From positions 69,203 to 133,202 of the forward strand of contig CAZQKR010000004.1 of NCBI GenBank assembly GCA_964594045.1: 64,000 bases of DNA, given 5' to 3'. The position numbers were made by a program, and so were the translations under genes. The stretch is from an uncultured Saprospiraceae bacterium. GTDB lineage: Bacteria > Bacteroidota > Bacteroidia > Chitinophagales > Saprospiraceae. This document shows, piece after piece, positions 19,127 to 27,508 of the stretch (the first letter of the stretch is position 1; every line of letters starts with the position of its first letter). The notes below the pieces were generated by a model. It was not told the origin of the DNA. It saw only the letters and a program-made list of their open reading frames with translations, and did no database searches.

Positions 19127-19708
19127 TCACTTCACCATAACAAAATGCGTAATTTGTTTATTGAGGTATTGAGTTGATATCAATTTAAAACCATAATTTT
19201 CATAAATAGGAACGTTTTTAATGTTATGTGTTTCAAGGTATACTTTGTCTCCTTTTGCATTTGCTTCCGATAAAAAAGGTTTAATCATTTTACTTGCAAA
19301 GCCTTTACCTTGGTATTCTGGCGAAACAACAACTGTATCCAAATACCAATATGGTTCTGTTACAAGCCTTTTTTTTTGTTTAGTTGACCAACATTGATAT
19401 CTAACCATTCTAACCAAGCTAAATATGCCTAAATTAAAAACTAATGAAAAACCTTCAATTACTTCGTTAAATGTTATTGCACTACGGTGCTCATTAGGTT
19501 TTTCCAAAATACAAAACCCCTCATATTTTTCAGAGGTTTTGTATGTATTTAAAAGCATTGTTTTCAGTTTAAATTCATAGAAATACTCTAATTTTTCAAT
19601 TCTTGATTTTTCGTCAGGGAAGAAATATTTATGTAAGTCATCATCAAACATTGCCAATGCAAATATTTTTTTTGCTTGCTCTATTTCGCTATTGTCAATT
19701 CGTTGCAT
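19127..19708 (-). CDS. GNAT-family N-acetyltransferase
   Basis: Acetyl-CoA-binding motif A region PEYQGKGFASKMIKPFL, and motif B ...YENYGFKLI. The gene and its flanks are visibly AT-rich relative to neighbouring genes. Confidence 0.8.
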   Translation of the reverse strand: MQRIDNSEIEQAKKIFALAMFDDDLHKYFFPDEKSRIEKLEYFYEFKLKTMLLNTYKTSEKYEGFCILEKPNEHRSAITFNEVIEGFSLVFNLGIFSLVRMVRYQCWSTKQKKRLVTEPYWYLDTVVVSPEYQGKGFASKMIKPFLSEANAKGDKVYLETHNIKNVPIYENYGFKLISTQYLNKQITHFVMVK

Positions 19709-20439
19709 ATTGTCATATGTGTTTACTTATTTTTGACTCTTTATTTTCATTCGTTCGTAAAATGCCCGCTAACAAAAATATATCACAATTCAGGTTTTAC
19801 ATAACATAATATAAGCTATTCATCCCACTTGAGCTTATATGCCCAATTAAATACATGTACCGGGAAAATTGGCGGGGAGAGAATTGCATATATTTTCTTG
19901 ACAGTAATTGATGCCTGATTTATTGAATTTTTCATCCATTAATTTGAAGTCTCTTTTAAGCAGGTTCGGCATACGCGGAGTGTAGGGTAATTTCCTGCAC
20001 AGACCGTATCAAACTCAACCATTAGCAAACTGAATATCCATCTTCACCAGGCCGGATCTTTTTCTGTTCCATTCCATGCATTGATCAGGGGACTGATGCA
20101 GGAAATGTATTTTGTTTTACCGGTCGATCCGGAAAAGAAAGTCATGTATCTCAAAACCTTTCCGGTGTCTGAAAAAATAAAAAATGCCTGTATAATTAAT
20201 GTGTGTTAAATTAATGTAAAGTGTATTGAATTAATCTTCACGATCACTTCACCCCGATTTCCGCAATGGATCTGAACACGCACATACTTTTGCATCAGAA
20301 TAAGAAACTATCCCGCAACCGGGCATTCAAAATCACCCGGCGGGCAAGGTCTCCAATACATGGAATAAAGGATAAAACTTAAAAGCGCTCCGAATTGGGG
20401 CGGAATGAATAAAACTATTTTTAACAAACAAAATTAAGA

Positions 20440-21750
20440 ATGAAATCGATCAAACAATTTGCTTTTGGAATCATCGCTGTGGCCGCGCTTGGCCTCACTT
20501 CCTGTGACACGGATCCCTGTGACGGGATCACCTGCCCGGAAGGATATGTATGCGAAGACGGAACCTGCGTGGAAGAAAACCCGGCCCTGGATAATGAAGT
20601 GGTGTCCGGTCTGATTTCTGCAGACGTGACCTGGAAAGCGGACAGAATTTATGAACTGGCAGGGAAAGTTGTGGTGAACAGCGGCGTCACGCTGACCATC
20701 GAACCCGGAGCGATCATCAAAGGAAGACAAGGTACCGGAACACTGGCCTCAGCACTGATCATTGCCAGAGGTGCAAAGATCAATGCCTGCGGAACTGCCG
20801 ACAAACCGATCATCTTTACTTCCGTACTGGACAATATCAAACTGGGCGAAAAAGCAGGAACCAACCTGACTCAACTGGACAGGGAAAAATGGGGAGGTCT
20901 TCTGATCCTTGGTTATGCGCCGACTTCAACAGGCGATGGTGATAAAGTGGGTCAGATCGAAGGTATTCCGGCTGATGAACCTTATGGTATTTACGGTGGC
21001 GATAACGCAGCGGACAATTCCGGCTCTCTTTGCTATGTGTCTATCAGACATGGCGGCGCGCTGATAGGTGAAGGTAACGAGATCAACGGTTTGACACTTG
21101 GTGGTGTGGGCTCAGGCACAACGATCCACCACATTGAAGTGGTCAGCAACCTGGATGATGGCATCGAGTGTTTTGGCGGAACAGTTAATATCGATCACGC
21201 GATCGTGGCCTTCCAGGGTGATGATGCGCTGGATGTTGACCAGAACTATAGCGGTACTTTTACCAATTTTTATATCATTCATGGCGGGGATACCGATGAA
21301 GGTCTGGAACTTGACGGACCTGAAGGTTCCACTTATACGACCGGAAAATTCAAATTTATCAATGGAACGATCATCTCAACCGACGGAAAGGGTAGTGGTG
21401 CAGATCTGAAATCCAAAGCTCAGGGTACACTGGAAAATATATCTTTCAAAGGGTATACCAATTTCGTGAAAGTCAGCGCCGGCTTTAATGCGGATTGTAC
21501 GGATAAATCAGATGCATACACCAATGCGATCAATGGAAATCTCGTGGTGAAAGCCTGTGAATTCGTTGCCGCTGCGGATATGTATAAGGTGTACAGCAGT
21601 TCAGCCTGCCTTACCGGAGATCATCAGACCAGTCTGATCAATGCATGGTCAGCAAACGGTAATACCAAACCTGCCGCAGCAACCAAGGGTGCAGACAAAA
21701 ATGCATTCAAGGGATGGAGCTGGACAGACATCAAAGGATTTATACAATAA
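20440..21750 (+). CDS. Secreted lipoprotein, probable beta-helix/Cys-rich N-terminal module. Unknown function.
   Basis: Lipoprotein signal (AALGLTSCDTD). Cys-rich CDGITCPEGYVCEDGTC, then Gly/Thr/Asp-rich repetitive beta-strand sequence. It lies immediately upstream of a TonB-dependent receptor. Confidence 0.65.
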   Translation: MKSIKQFAFGIIAVAALGLTSCDTDPCDGITCPEGYVCEDGTCVEENPALDNEVVSGLISADVTWKADRIYELAGKVVVNSGVTLTIEPGAIIKGRQGTGTLASALIIARGAKINACGTADKPIIFTSVLDNIKLGEKAGTNLTQLDREKWGGLLILGYAPTSTGDGDKVGQIEGIPADEPYGIYGGDNAADNSGSLCYVSIRHGGALIGEGNEINGLTLGGVGSGTTIHHIEVVSNLDDGIECFGGTVNIDHAIVAFQGDDALDVDQNYSGTFTNFYIIHGGDTDEGLELDGPEGSTYTTGKFKFINGTIISTDGKGSGADLKSKAQGTLENISFKGYTNFVKVSAGFNADCTDKSDAYTNAINGNLVVKACEFVAAADMYKVYSSSACLTGDHQTSLINAWSANGNTKPAAATKGADKNAFKGWSWTDIKGFIQ

Positions 21751-21827
21751 ACAGTGCATACTTGATCCCGGTTGGCAGAACCCTTCCGGGCTCTTTTCTT
21801 TTTTTCAAATGATTAATTATACCAAAC

Positions 21828-24617
21828 ATGAAAAATTTATTTTTAACCGTCATCGCCTTGCTGGTTTTCACAGGCATGACACAGGCAGCCGTCATCCGGG
21901 GCGCTGTCATAGATGATCAAACGGGGGAATTTTTACCCTTTGTCAACATCCTGATTGAAGAAACCGGTAATGGAACGACCACAGATCTGGATGGAAATTT
22001 TACACTCGAAGTGCCGGGAGGAACCTACACCCTGACGTTTTCCTATATCGGCTATGCCGATGTAAAGGTGCCTGAGATCAAAGCGCTGGAGACACAACCG
22101 ATCGTGCTCGGAGAGATACGGATGAAAGAGCAGGGCAATCTGCTGCAGGAAGTCGTCGTCACAGGCCAACAGATACGTAACACAGAAACCGCATTAAGCA
22201 CGATCAAAAGAAAGTCCATCAACGTGATGGACGGAATTTCTTCCCAGACCTTTTCCCGCCTGGGAGACAGCAATGCCGGAGATGCCATTAAAAGGGTAAC
22301 AGGTGTCTCGGTGGAAGACGGAAAAAATGTGTTCGTCCGCGGTTTGGGCGACCGCTATACCAAAACCATGCTCAATGACATGGCCATCCCCGGATTGGAT
22401 CCGGACAGGAACACAGTTCAGATAGACATTTTCCCCACCAATGTGATCGATAATATCCTGGTGTATAAATCAGCTATGGCCAACCTGGCAGGCGATTTCA
22501 GCGGCGGTATTGTCAATCTCGTCACCAAAGATTTTCCGGATGCCCGCAACCTGTCGGTTTCGCTTTCCGCCGGTTACAACCCGGATATGAATTTCAACAG
22601 CAATTATCTGAGTTATGCCGGCGGAAAAACGGATTGGCTCGGAATGGATGATGGCAGCAGGGCACTGCCTTTTCATAAATCAGTTGCCATCCCTGATGAA
22701 TCTTCCAATAAGGCTGTACTGTATGATCTGACATCTCAGATGTCTAAAAACATGGCTGCCATTCAAAGCCGGAGCGGGATCAATTCAAGCATATCCATTT
22801 CAGGCGGAAACCAGAGTCAGATCGGTAGAATGACCCTGGGCTATATGGCTTCTGTTTATTTTAAAAACGATTTTAAGCACTATGATCATGTGGAGTATGG
22901 AGATTTTGTATCGGAAGAAGTGAATGAATTCAGGTTTACACAGGATAAAATCTCAACAGGGAAGCTGAGCAGTCAGAATACATTGCTTAGTGCCATGGCA
23001 GGTGCTGCAGTCAAAACCAAAAACCACAAAATCGGAATTAAATATTTAAGCCTGAACAACGGTGAAGACCAGGCTTCTGTATTGAATGTGCAGGATTTGC
23101 AGGATAATCCTTCCGTGATCGTTCGCAATGTGTTGCATTTTACCGGGCGTACCATGAATAGTTTAAACTTGCATGGCGAACATCTGTTGAGTGATGGAAA
23201 ATTTAATATTGAGTGGAAAGTTGCACCGACACTGGCCACTGTAAATGAGCCGGATATCAGACAGACCGGGTTTGAACTGACAGATGAGGGTGATTATTTG
23301 ATCAAACCGTCTGTAGGGGCTGATGTGACCCGCGCTTACCGCTATCTGACAGAACAAATGCTGAATTCACGGATCGATCTGAGCTATAATTTTACACAGT
23401 GGTCCGGAGAAAAAGCCAGGATCAGATTTGGCTACAATGACCTCAGAAAGGAAAGGGATTATGAGATCTTAAGCTATGTGATCCGGGTGAATAATCAGGA
23501 TCAAATGAATTTGAACGGAGATCCGGATAATATCCTGAAAGAAGAAAACCTTTGGAAGCCGGATGGCGATCGCACCGGATCCTATCTGAAGGGTAATTTC
23601 GAACCAAGCAATACCTTCAATTCGAGACAAAATACACTCGCTGCCTATGCGATGACCGAGTTGCCGGTGACTGCGCAGTTCAAGGCTATTTTAGGCGTAA
23701 GGGCTGAGAAGACGGATATTTTCTACACCGGCCAGAACAACCTGGGTACCATTGTCTTTAAAAACGAAAAGATCCTCGAAGACCTCGATATTTTACCATC
23801 AACAAATCTGATATATTCATTGCATGATAACATGAATATACGGGTGAGTTATAACCGGACACTGGCCAGGCCTTCCTTTAAGGAAAAATCACTGGCACAG
23901 ATCCAGGACCCGGTTTCCGGAAGGACTTTTATCGGTAATACAGAACTGGTGAGCAGCCGGATCGATAACCTGGATCTGCGTTGGGAACGCTTTGCTACCG
24001 GAGGTCAGCTCATCTCGGTCAGTTTGTTCTATAAGCATTTTAAAGATCCGATTGAGTTGGAATCTTACGATGCCTTGTCTCCGGATAATTATACACCAAG
24101 GAACGCTGAGAACGCAGTTTCTTATGGACTTGAGTTTGAGATCAATAAGAATCTTCAATTTCTCGGAGGGTTCATGTCGGACTTTTTCCTGGGTGTCAAT
24201 GCTTCTTATGTGATTTCAGAGATCCAACGTTCATCTAATGTGGATCTGTATGATACAGATACGAGAACGATGGTAGGACAATCTCCATATCTGGTGAATG
24301 CCAACCTGGGTTATCGTAATGAAGACAACAAACTGGAATTCAGCGTGGCTTATAATGTTCAGGGACCACGACTGACCATTGTCGGGATAGGTGTCAATCC
24401 GGATGTATATGAAAGGGCATTTCATGCATTGGATGCCAAGGCAAGTTATAAATTCGGACCAAAAGGTATGTATAAGATCAGTGCTGCTGCCGGCAATATA
24501 CTGGATCAGGACAAAGTGTTTACCTATGATGGCGGTTCCGTCAATGAAGGAGAATACATCTGGTCCAGACTTTCACCAAAAAGAAATTTCAGCCTGGGTA
24601 TTTCAGTCAGCTTGTAG
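21828..24617 (+). CDS. TonB-dependent outer-membrane receptor (SusC-like, with CarbopepD_reg N-terminal domain)
   Basis: Signal peptide. Carboxypeptidase-regulatory-like domain (GAVIDDQTGEFLPFVNILIEETGNGTTTDLDGNFTLEVPGGTYTLTFSYIGY). TonB box/plug region (EVVVTGQQIR...VFVRGLGDRYTKTMLNDM). Then 929 aa of beta-barrel. Confidence 0.9.
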   Translation: MKNLFLTVIALLVFTGMTQAAVIRGAVIDDQTGEFLPFVNILIEETGNGTTTDLDGNFTLEVPGGTYTLTFSYIGYADVKVPEIKALETQPIVLGEIRMKEQGNLLQEVVVTGQQIRNTETALSTIKRKSINVMDGISSQTFSRLGDSNAGDAIKRVTGVSVEDGKNVFVRGLGDRYTKTMLNDMAIPGLDPDRNTVQIDIFPTNVIDNILVYKSAMANLAGDFSGGIVNLVTKDFPDARNLSVSLSAGYNPDMNFNSNYLSYAGGKTDWLGMDDGSRALPFHKSVAIPDESSNKAVLYDLTSQMSKNMAAIQSRSGINSSISISGGNQSQIGRMTLGYMASVYFKNDFKHYDHVEYGDFVSEEVNEFRFTQDKISTGKLSSQNTLLSAMAGAAVKTKNHKIGIKYLSLNNGEDQASVLNVQDLQDNPSVIVRNVLHFTGRTMNSLNLHGEHLLSDGKFNIEWKVAPTLATVNEPDIRQTGFELTDEGDYLIKPSVGADVTRAYRYLTEQMLNSRIDLSYNFTQWSGEKARIRFGYNDLRKERDYEILSYVIRVNNQDQMNLNGDPDNILKEENLWKPDGDRTGSYLKGNFEPSNTFNSRQNTLAAYAMTELPVTAQFKAILGVRAEKTDIFYTGQNNLGTIVFKNEKILEDLDILPSTNLIYSLHDNMNIRVSYNRTLARPSFKEKSLAQIQDPVSGRTFIGNTELVSSRIDNLDLRWERFATGGQLISVSLFYKHFKDPIELESYDALSPDNYTPRNAENAVSYGLEFEINKNLQFLGGFMSDFFLGVNASYVISEIQRSSNVDLYDTDTRTMVGQSPYLVNANLGYRNEDNKLEFSVAYNVQGPRLTIVGIGVNPDVYERAFHALDAKASYKFGPKGMYKISAAAGNILDQDKVFTYDGGSVNEGEYIWSRLSPKRNFSLGISVSL

Positions 24618-24840
24618 TTCCGGTCAGGAATTGTTAGAATATAATTAATCATTTTTAAGACACGGCCTGAAGGTTCCAGGATGGCCGTGTTCTTTTTTTT
24701 TATGGTCTGACTTTACTGAACAGATGTATGTTATATTGTTTTCCTGGCTCTTTATTAATTTGTATGGATTTTAATATAATCTGATCAACAAGTTTAATTG
24801 AACAAGTGATTTTTGAAAAACTTCATGGAACGTTGATTTT

Positions 24841-24990
24841 TTAGAAAATTCCACGAAATCCACGAAGCAGACACGAAATCCACGAAGTTTTTATTTTTAC
24901 CCACAAAAAATTCTCTTGATTTATAATATAATGTATTGACTTTGTGCCTTCTTCGTGCAAATCGTGGAATAGCTGTATTTTGTATTCCTA
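24841..24990. repeat. About 150-bp inverted, internally deleted copy (B) of the repeat element at 14741-15050
   Basis: TTCCACGAAATCCACGAAGCAGACACGAAATCCACGAAGTTTTT is the reverse complement of 15000-15050 at about 90% identity. GACTTTGTGCCTTCTTCGTGCAAATCGTGGAATAGCTGTATTTTGTATTCC is the reverse complement of 14741-14810. Confidence 0.6.
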
Positions 24991-25072
24991 TTAAAATCCA
25001 GGGAGCTTTGATCAAATTCATTTACCCACACCAATCAACATAGAACTGTTTTCTTTAATGTGATGGGTTCAA

Positions 25073-26215
25073 CTATTCCAGGCTGTTTTTTAATCTTGTG
25101 CCAAATTCTTCAATTTCCGGTAGGGTGAGTGCGCCAAAACAGATCCTCAACTGATCCTTACTTTTGCCAAAAAACAAACCGGGCATCAAAGAAATGCCAT
25201 GATCTTTGATCAGCTTTTCAGCAAAACCAAGGGTGTCAGTCAATCCCGGAACCCGGCACATGAGGTAAATGCCACCGGCTGGTTTTTGATACTCCCAGTT
25301 GAGCTCATCCAGCAAATTCATTACCGCATCCCTTCTTTTTTCCATTTCCATTCTCAATGCTGCAAAAAATTCACCCGAAAATGGCATGAAATCTGCCAGA
25401 ACTTTCTGGAATATTGCGTTGGGGCATGAATTCATATTGCGGTGCATTTTGGCAATACCCGAAATGAATTCCTGATCACCTGTGATCCAGCCGATCCTGA
25501 TCCCGGGCATGCAAAAATTCTTGGAGGCTGAGTTGATCACCAGGGTCCTTTCCGGACAATAACCTGAAATTGAAGGTGGTTTTTTGTCAAAATAGATCTC
25601 ACTGTATACCGCATCTTCAATGACGATCCAATCATTTTCCTGAGCCAGCCGGGCTAATTTACGGAGGGTTTTTTCCTCATAGATCCTGCCTGTCGGGTTA
25701 TTCGGTGCATTCAGCAGGAGTACCTTTATATTTTCCGGCAATCGGGCATTGGCAAGTGTTTCAAGTGATGTATTGATCAGTTCTGCTTCCGCAATGCGCG
25801 CAAGATTTGCATAAGGAGGATAATAAATATCATCCGTCAGTATAGCTTCACCGGGCTTCAGTATCGACATCAGCGCAGAAAATAAAGCAGCCTGACCGCC
25901 TGAGGTCACCAAAACAGAAGGTGAATCGAAGTGATTTATTTTGTGTTCTTCAAACTGTCTGATCGCCTGCAGCAAATCCGGATCTCCGAATGTCGGGGCA
26001 TAACCAAAGATCTGCTGATCTGCCAGCTCTTTCAGCTTTTGCCTGATCTCTGCCGGTACCGGATAGTTCAGTTCGCCAAGGTCAGCGCGGATGCAACCCG
26101 AAGTTTTCATGGCAAGGTCAGAAATGTATCTGAGGTCAAAGCTGAGACTGGAAATTTTTGGTATGATGGTAGCCATTTTGAATTGTTTTGAAAAAATCCA
26201 CCGGATGTTATCCAA
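25073..26215 (-). CDS. PLP-dependent aminotransferase, class I/II
   Basis: PLP-lysine region SASKNFCMPGIRIGW, and N-terminal ...FGYAPTFGDPDL. About 370-380 aa. The start is uncertain between 26215 and the internal Met at 26176. Confidence 0.8.
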   Translation of the reverse strand: MDNIRWIFSKQFKMATIIPKISSLSFDLRYISDLAMKTSGCIRADLGELNYPVPAEIRQKLKELADQQIFGYAPTFGDPDLLQAIRQFEEHKINHFDSPSVLVTSGGQAALFSALMSILKPGEAILTDDIYYPPYANLARIAEAELINTSLETLANARLPENIKVLLLNAPNNPTGRIYEEKTLRKLARLAQENDWIVIEDAVYSEIYFDKKPPSISGYCPERTLVINSASKNFCMPGIRIGWITGDQEFISGIAKMHRNMNSCPNAIFQKVLADFMPFSGEFFAALRMEMEKRRDAVMNLLDELNWEYQKPAGGIYLMCRVPGLTDTLGFAEKLIKDHGISLMPGLFFGKSKDQLRICFGALTLPEIEEFGTRLKNSLE

Positions 26216-26390
26216 AAGTTATAGAATTTGCTTAACTAAATGTAAATGATGTGATTGAAGACTTAATATAATAGCTGATCCGAAAATCATGGAGCTCTGG
26301 CTCCATCAGCACAAACATTTAGTCATCACTTTATAATTTACGCATAAGACCAAAAAAAAGAGGCTGGAAAAACTTCCAACCTCTACCGTG

Positions 26391-26465
26391 TCGGGGTAGT
26401 AGGATTCGAACCTACGACCCCCTGCTCCCAAAGCAGGTGCGCTAACCGGACTGCGCTATACCCCG
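26391..26465 (-). tRNA. tRNA-Pro (anticodon TGG)
   Basis: Manual cloverleaf. CGGGGTA/TACCCCG acceptor stem (7 bp), GCGC/GCGC D-stem, anticodon stem CCTGC/GCAGG with loop TTTGGGA (anticodon UGG), T-arm GTAGG TTCGAAT CCTAC, discriminator A. 75 nt, no encoded CCA. Confidence 0.9.
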
Positions 26466-26600
26466 AGAATGGGTGTGGGTTTGAGTGTGAGTGTGGGTGT
26501 GTATGTTGTGTGTGTTGTGTGTGTTTTTGTGTGTTTTGTGTGTTTTGTGTGTGTTTTTATTTTTTGATTGTTTTTTTAGCGTTTGGAATATTTTGTGTGT
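26466..26600. repeat. GT-rich low-complexity microsatellite-like tract abutting tRNA-Pro
   Basis: GGGTGTGGGTTTGAGTGTGAGTGTGGGTGTGTATGTTGTGTGTG...(GTGTGTTTT)n. The first roughly 30 nt are the reverse complement of 27190-27218. Confidence 0.7.
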
Positions 26601-26707
26601 TTGTGTTGATTCATACCTTTTGCTGTGTATTTTGAGTTTATTATTTTAAAAAGCAAACCCTGAATTTAGCCCGAAAAACAATTTTAACTTTTCTTAAAAT
26701 AAAGTGA

Positions 26708-27067
26708 TCATTGATTATCTGCATGCAGATTTCTGATCATTCCCAGTATCATTTTGGAAATGGATTCATATTGCTCATAAAAGTTTTTGAAATCCGTTTC
26801 CGAAATGACCTTCAAGTCGAGGAATATCTGAAGGATAGCTACACTTTCAAACACAGAAGCGCGGGACCTGATGTAAAATTGTTTTTTATCCTGAGCACTC
26901 ATTCTGCCCGTTCCTTCGGCCAGGTTGAGCATACACGATAAGCTGGATCTTTTAAGCTGGTCACAGAGATATGCATGCTGAATCTGGTTGTTGAAAATCC
27001 AGGGTAACAGTTCCTTATTCAATCCCCTTATCTTTTCATAAACATCCAATTTTTCAAAATCAAACAT
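26708..27067 (-). CDS. Four-helix-bundle protein (23S rRNA intervening-sequence protein family)
   Basis: 120-aa product from the internal Met (MFDFEKLDVYEKIRGLNKELLPWIFN...LCDQLKRSSLSCMLNLAEGTG...RSRASVFESVAILQIFLDLKVISETDFKNFYEQYESISKMILGMIRN) matches this family's characteristic sequence. The ORF track's longer 195-aa version reads through the CA-rich repeat, giving artefactual VSVSVGVGV. Confidence 0.7.
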   Translation of the reverse strand: MFDFEKLDVYEKIRGLNKELLPWIFNNQIQHAYLCDQLKRSSLSCMLNLAEGTGRMSAQDKKQFYIRSRASVFESVAILQIFLDLKVISETDFKNFYEQYESISKMILGMIRNLHADNQ

Positions 27068-27095
27068 AACCTCCTGATTTATTATCCTTTTCTCT

Positions 27096-27180
27096 CCAAC
27101 ACACCCAAAACTCCAACACACCCAAAACTCCAACACACCCAAAACTCCAACACACCCAAAACTCCAACACACCCAAAACT
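27096..27180. repeat. Tandem repeat, 17-bp unit x5 (CCAACACACCCAAAACT), then a CA-rich tract up to 27218
   Basis: Five perfect 17-bp copies read directly, followed by CTTTCACACCCACACCCACACTCACACTCACACCCA, which is an inverted match to 26470-26498. Confidence 0.85.
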
Positions 27181-27222
27181 CTTTCACACCCACACCCACA
27201 CTCACACTCACACCCATTTTAG

Positions 27223-27309
27223 CGGTGAGGGCGGGATTCGAACCCGCGGTACAGTTACCCGTACGGCAGTTTAGCAAACTGCTGGTTTCAGCCACTCACC
27301 CACCTCACC
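27223..27309 (-). tRNA. tRNA-Ser (anticodon GCT)
   Basis: Manual cloverleaf of an 87-nt type-II tRNA. Acceptor stem GGTGAGG/CCTCACC, anticodon stem GCAGT/ACTGC with loop TTGCTAA (GCU), long variable arm (CGTACGGGTAACTGTACC), T-arm GCGGG TTCGAAT CCCGC, discriminator G. Confidence 0.9.
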
Positions 27310-27508
27310 AATGTGTGATTTTCAGTGAAAATCATTTGCCTTTCTTTAAAAGCGACTGCAAATATAGCATTCCCAAACAATATTACAAATCTGAACTGTG
27401 GAAATCGCTTTTTTTTCTTGCAAAATTGATACTTTAAGTTCAAAAATGATTTGAACGGACTTTTTAATAATAGTCTAATTGATTGTAATGCAGTAAATTA
27501 ACTATTTA

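Noticed and set aside
26708-27295. 195-aa version of the four-helix-bundle ORF starting at 27295
   Set aside because: The N-terminal 76 residues read through the CA-rich and 17-bp tandem repeats (VSVSVGVGV, EFWVCWSFGCVG duplicated) and into the tRNA-Ser gene. The conserved family begins at the internal Met (27067).
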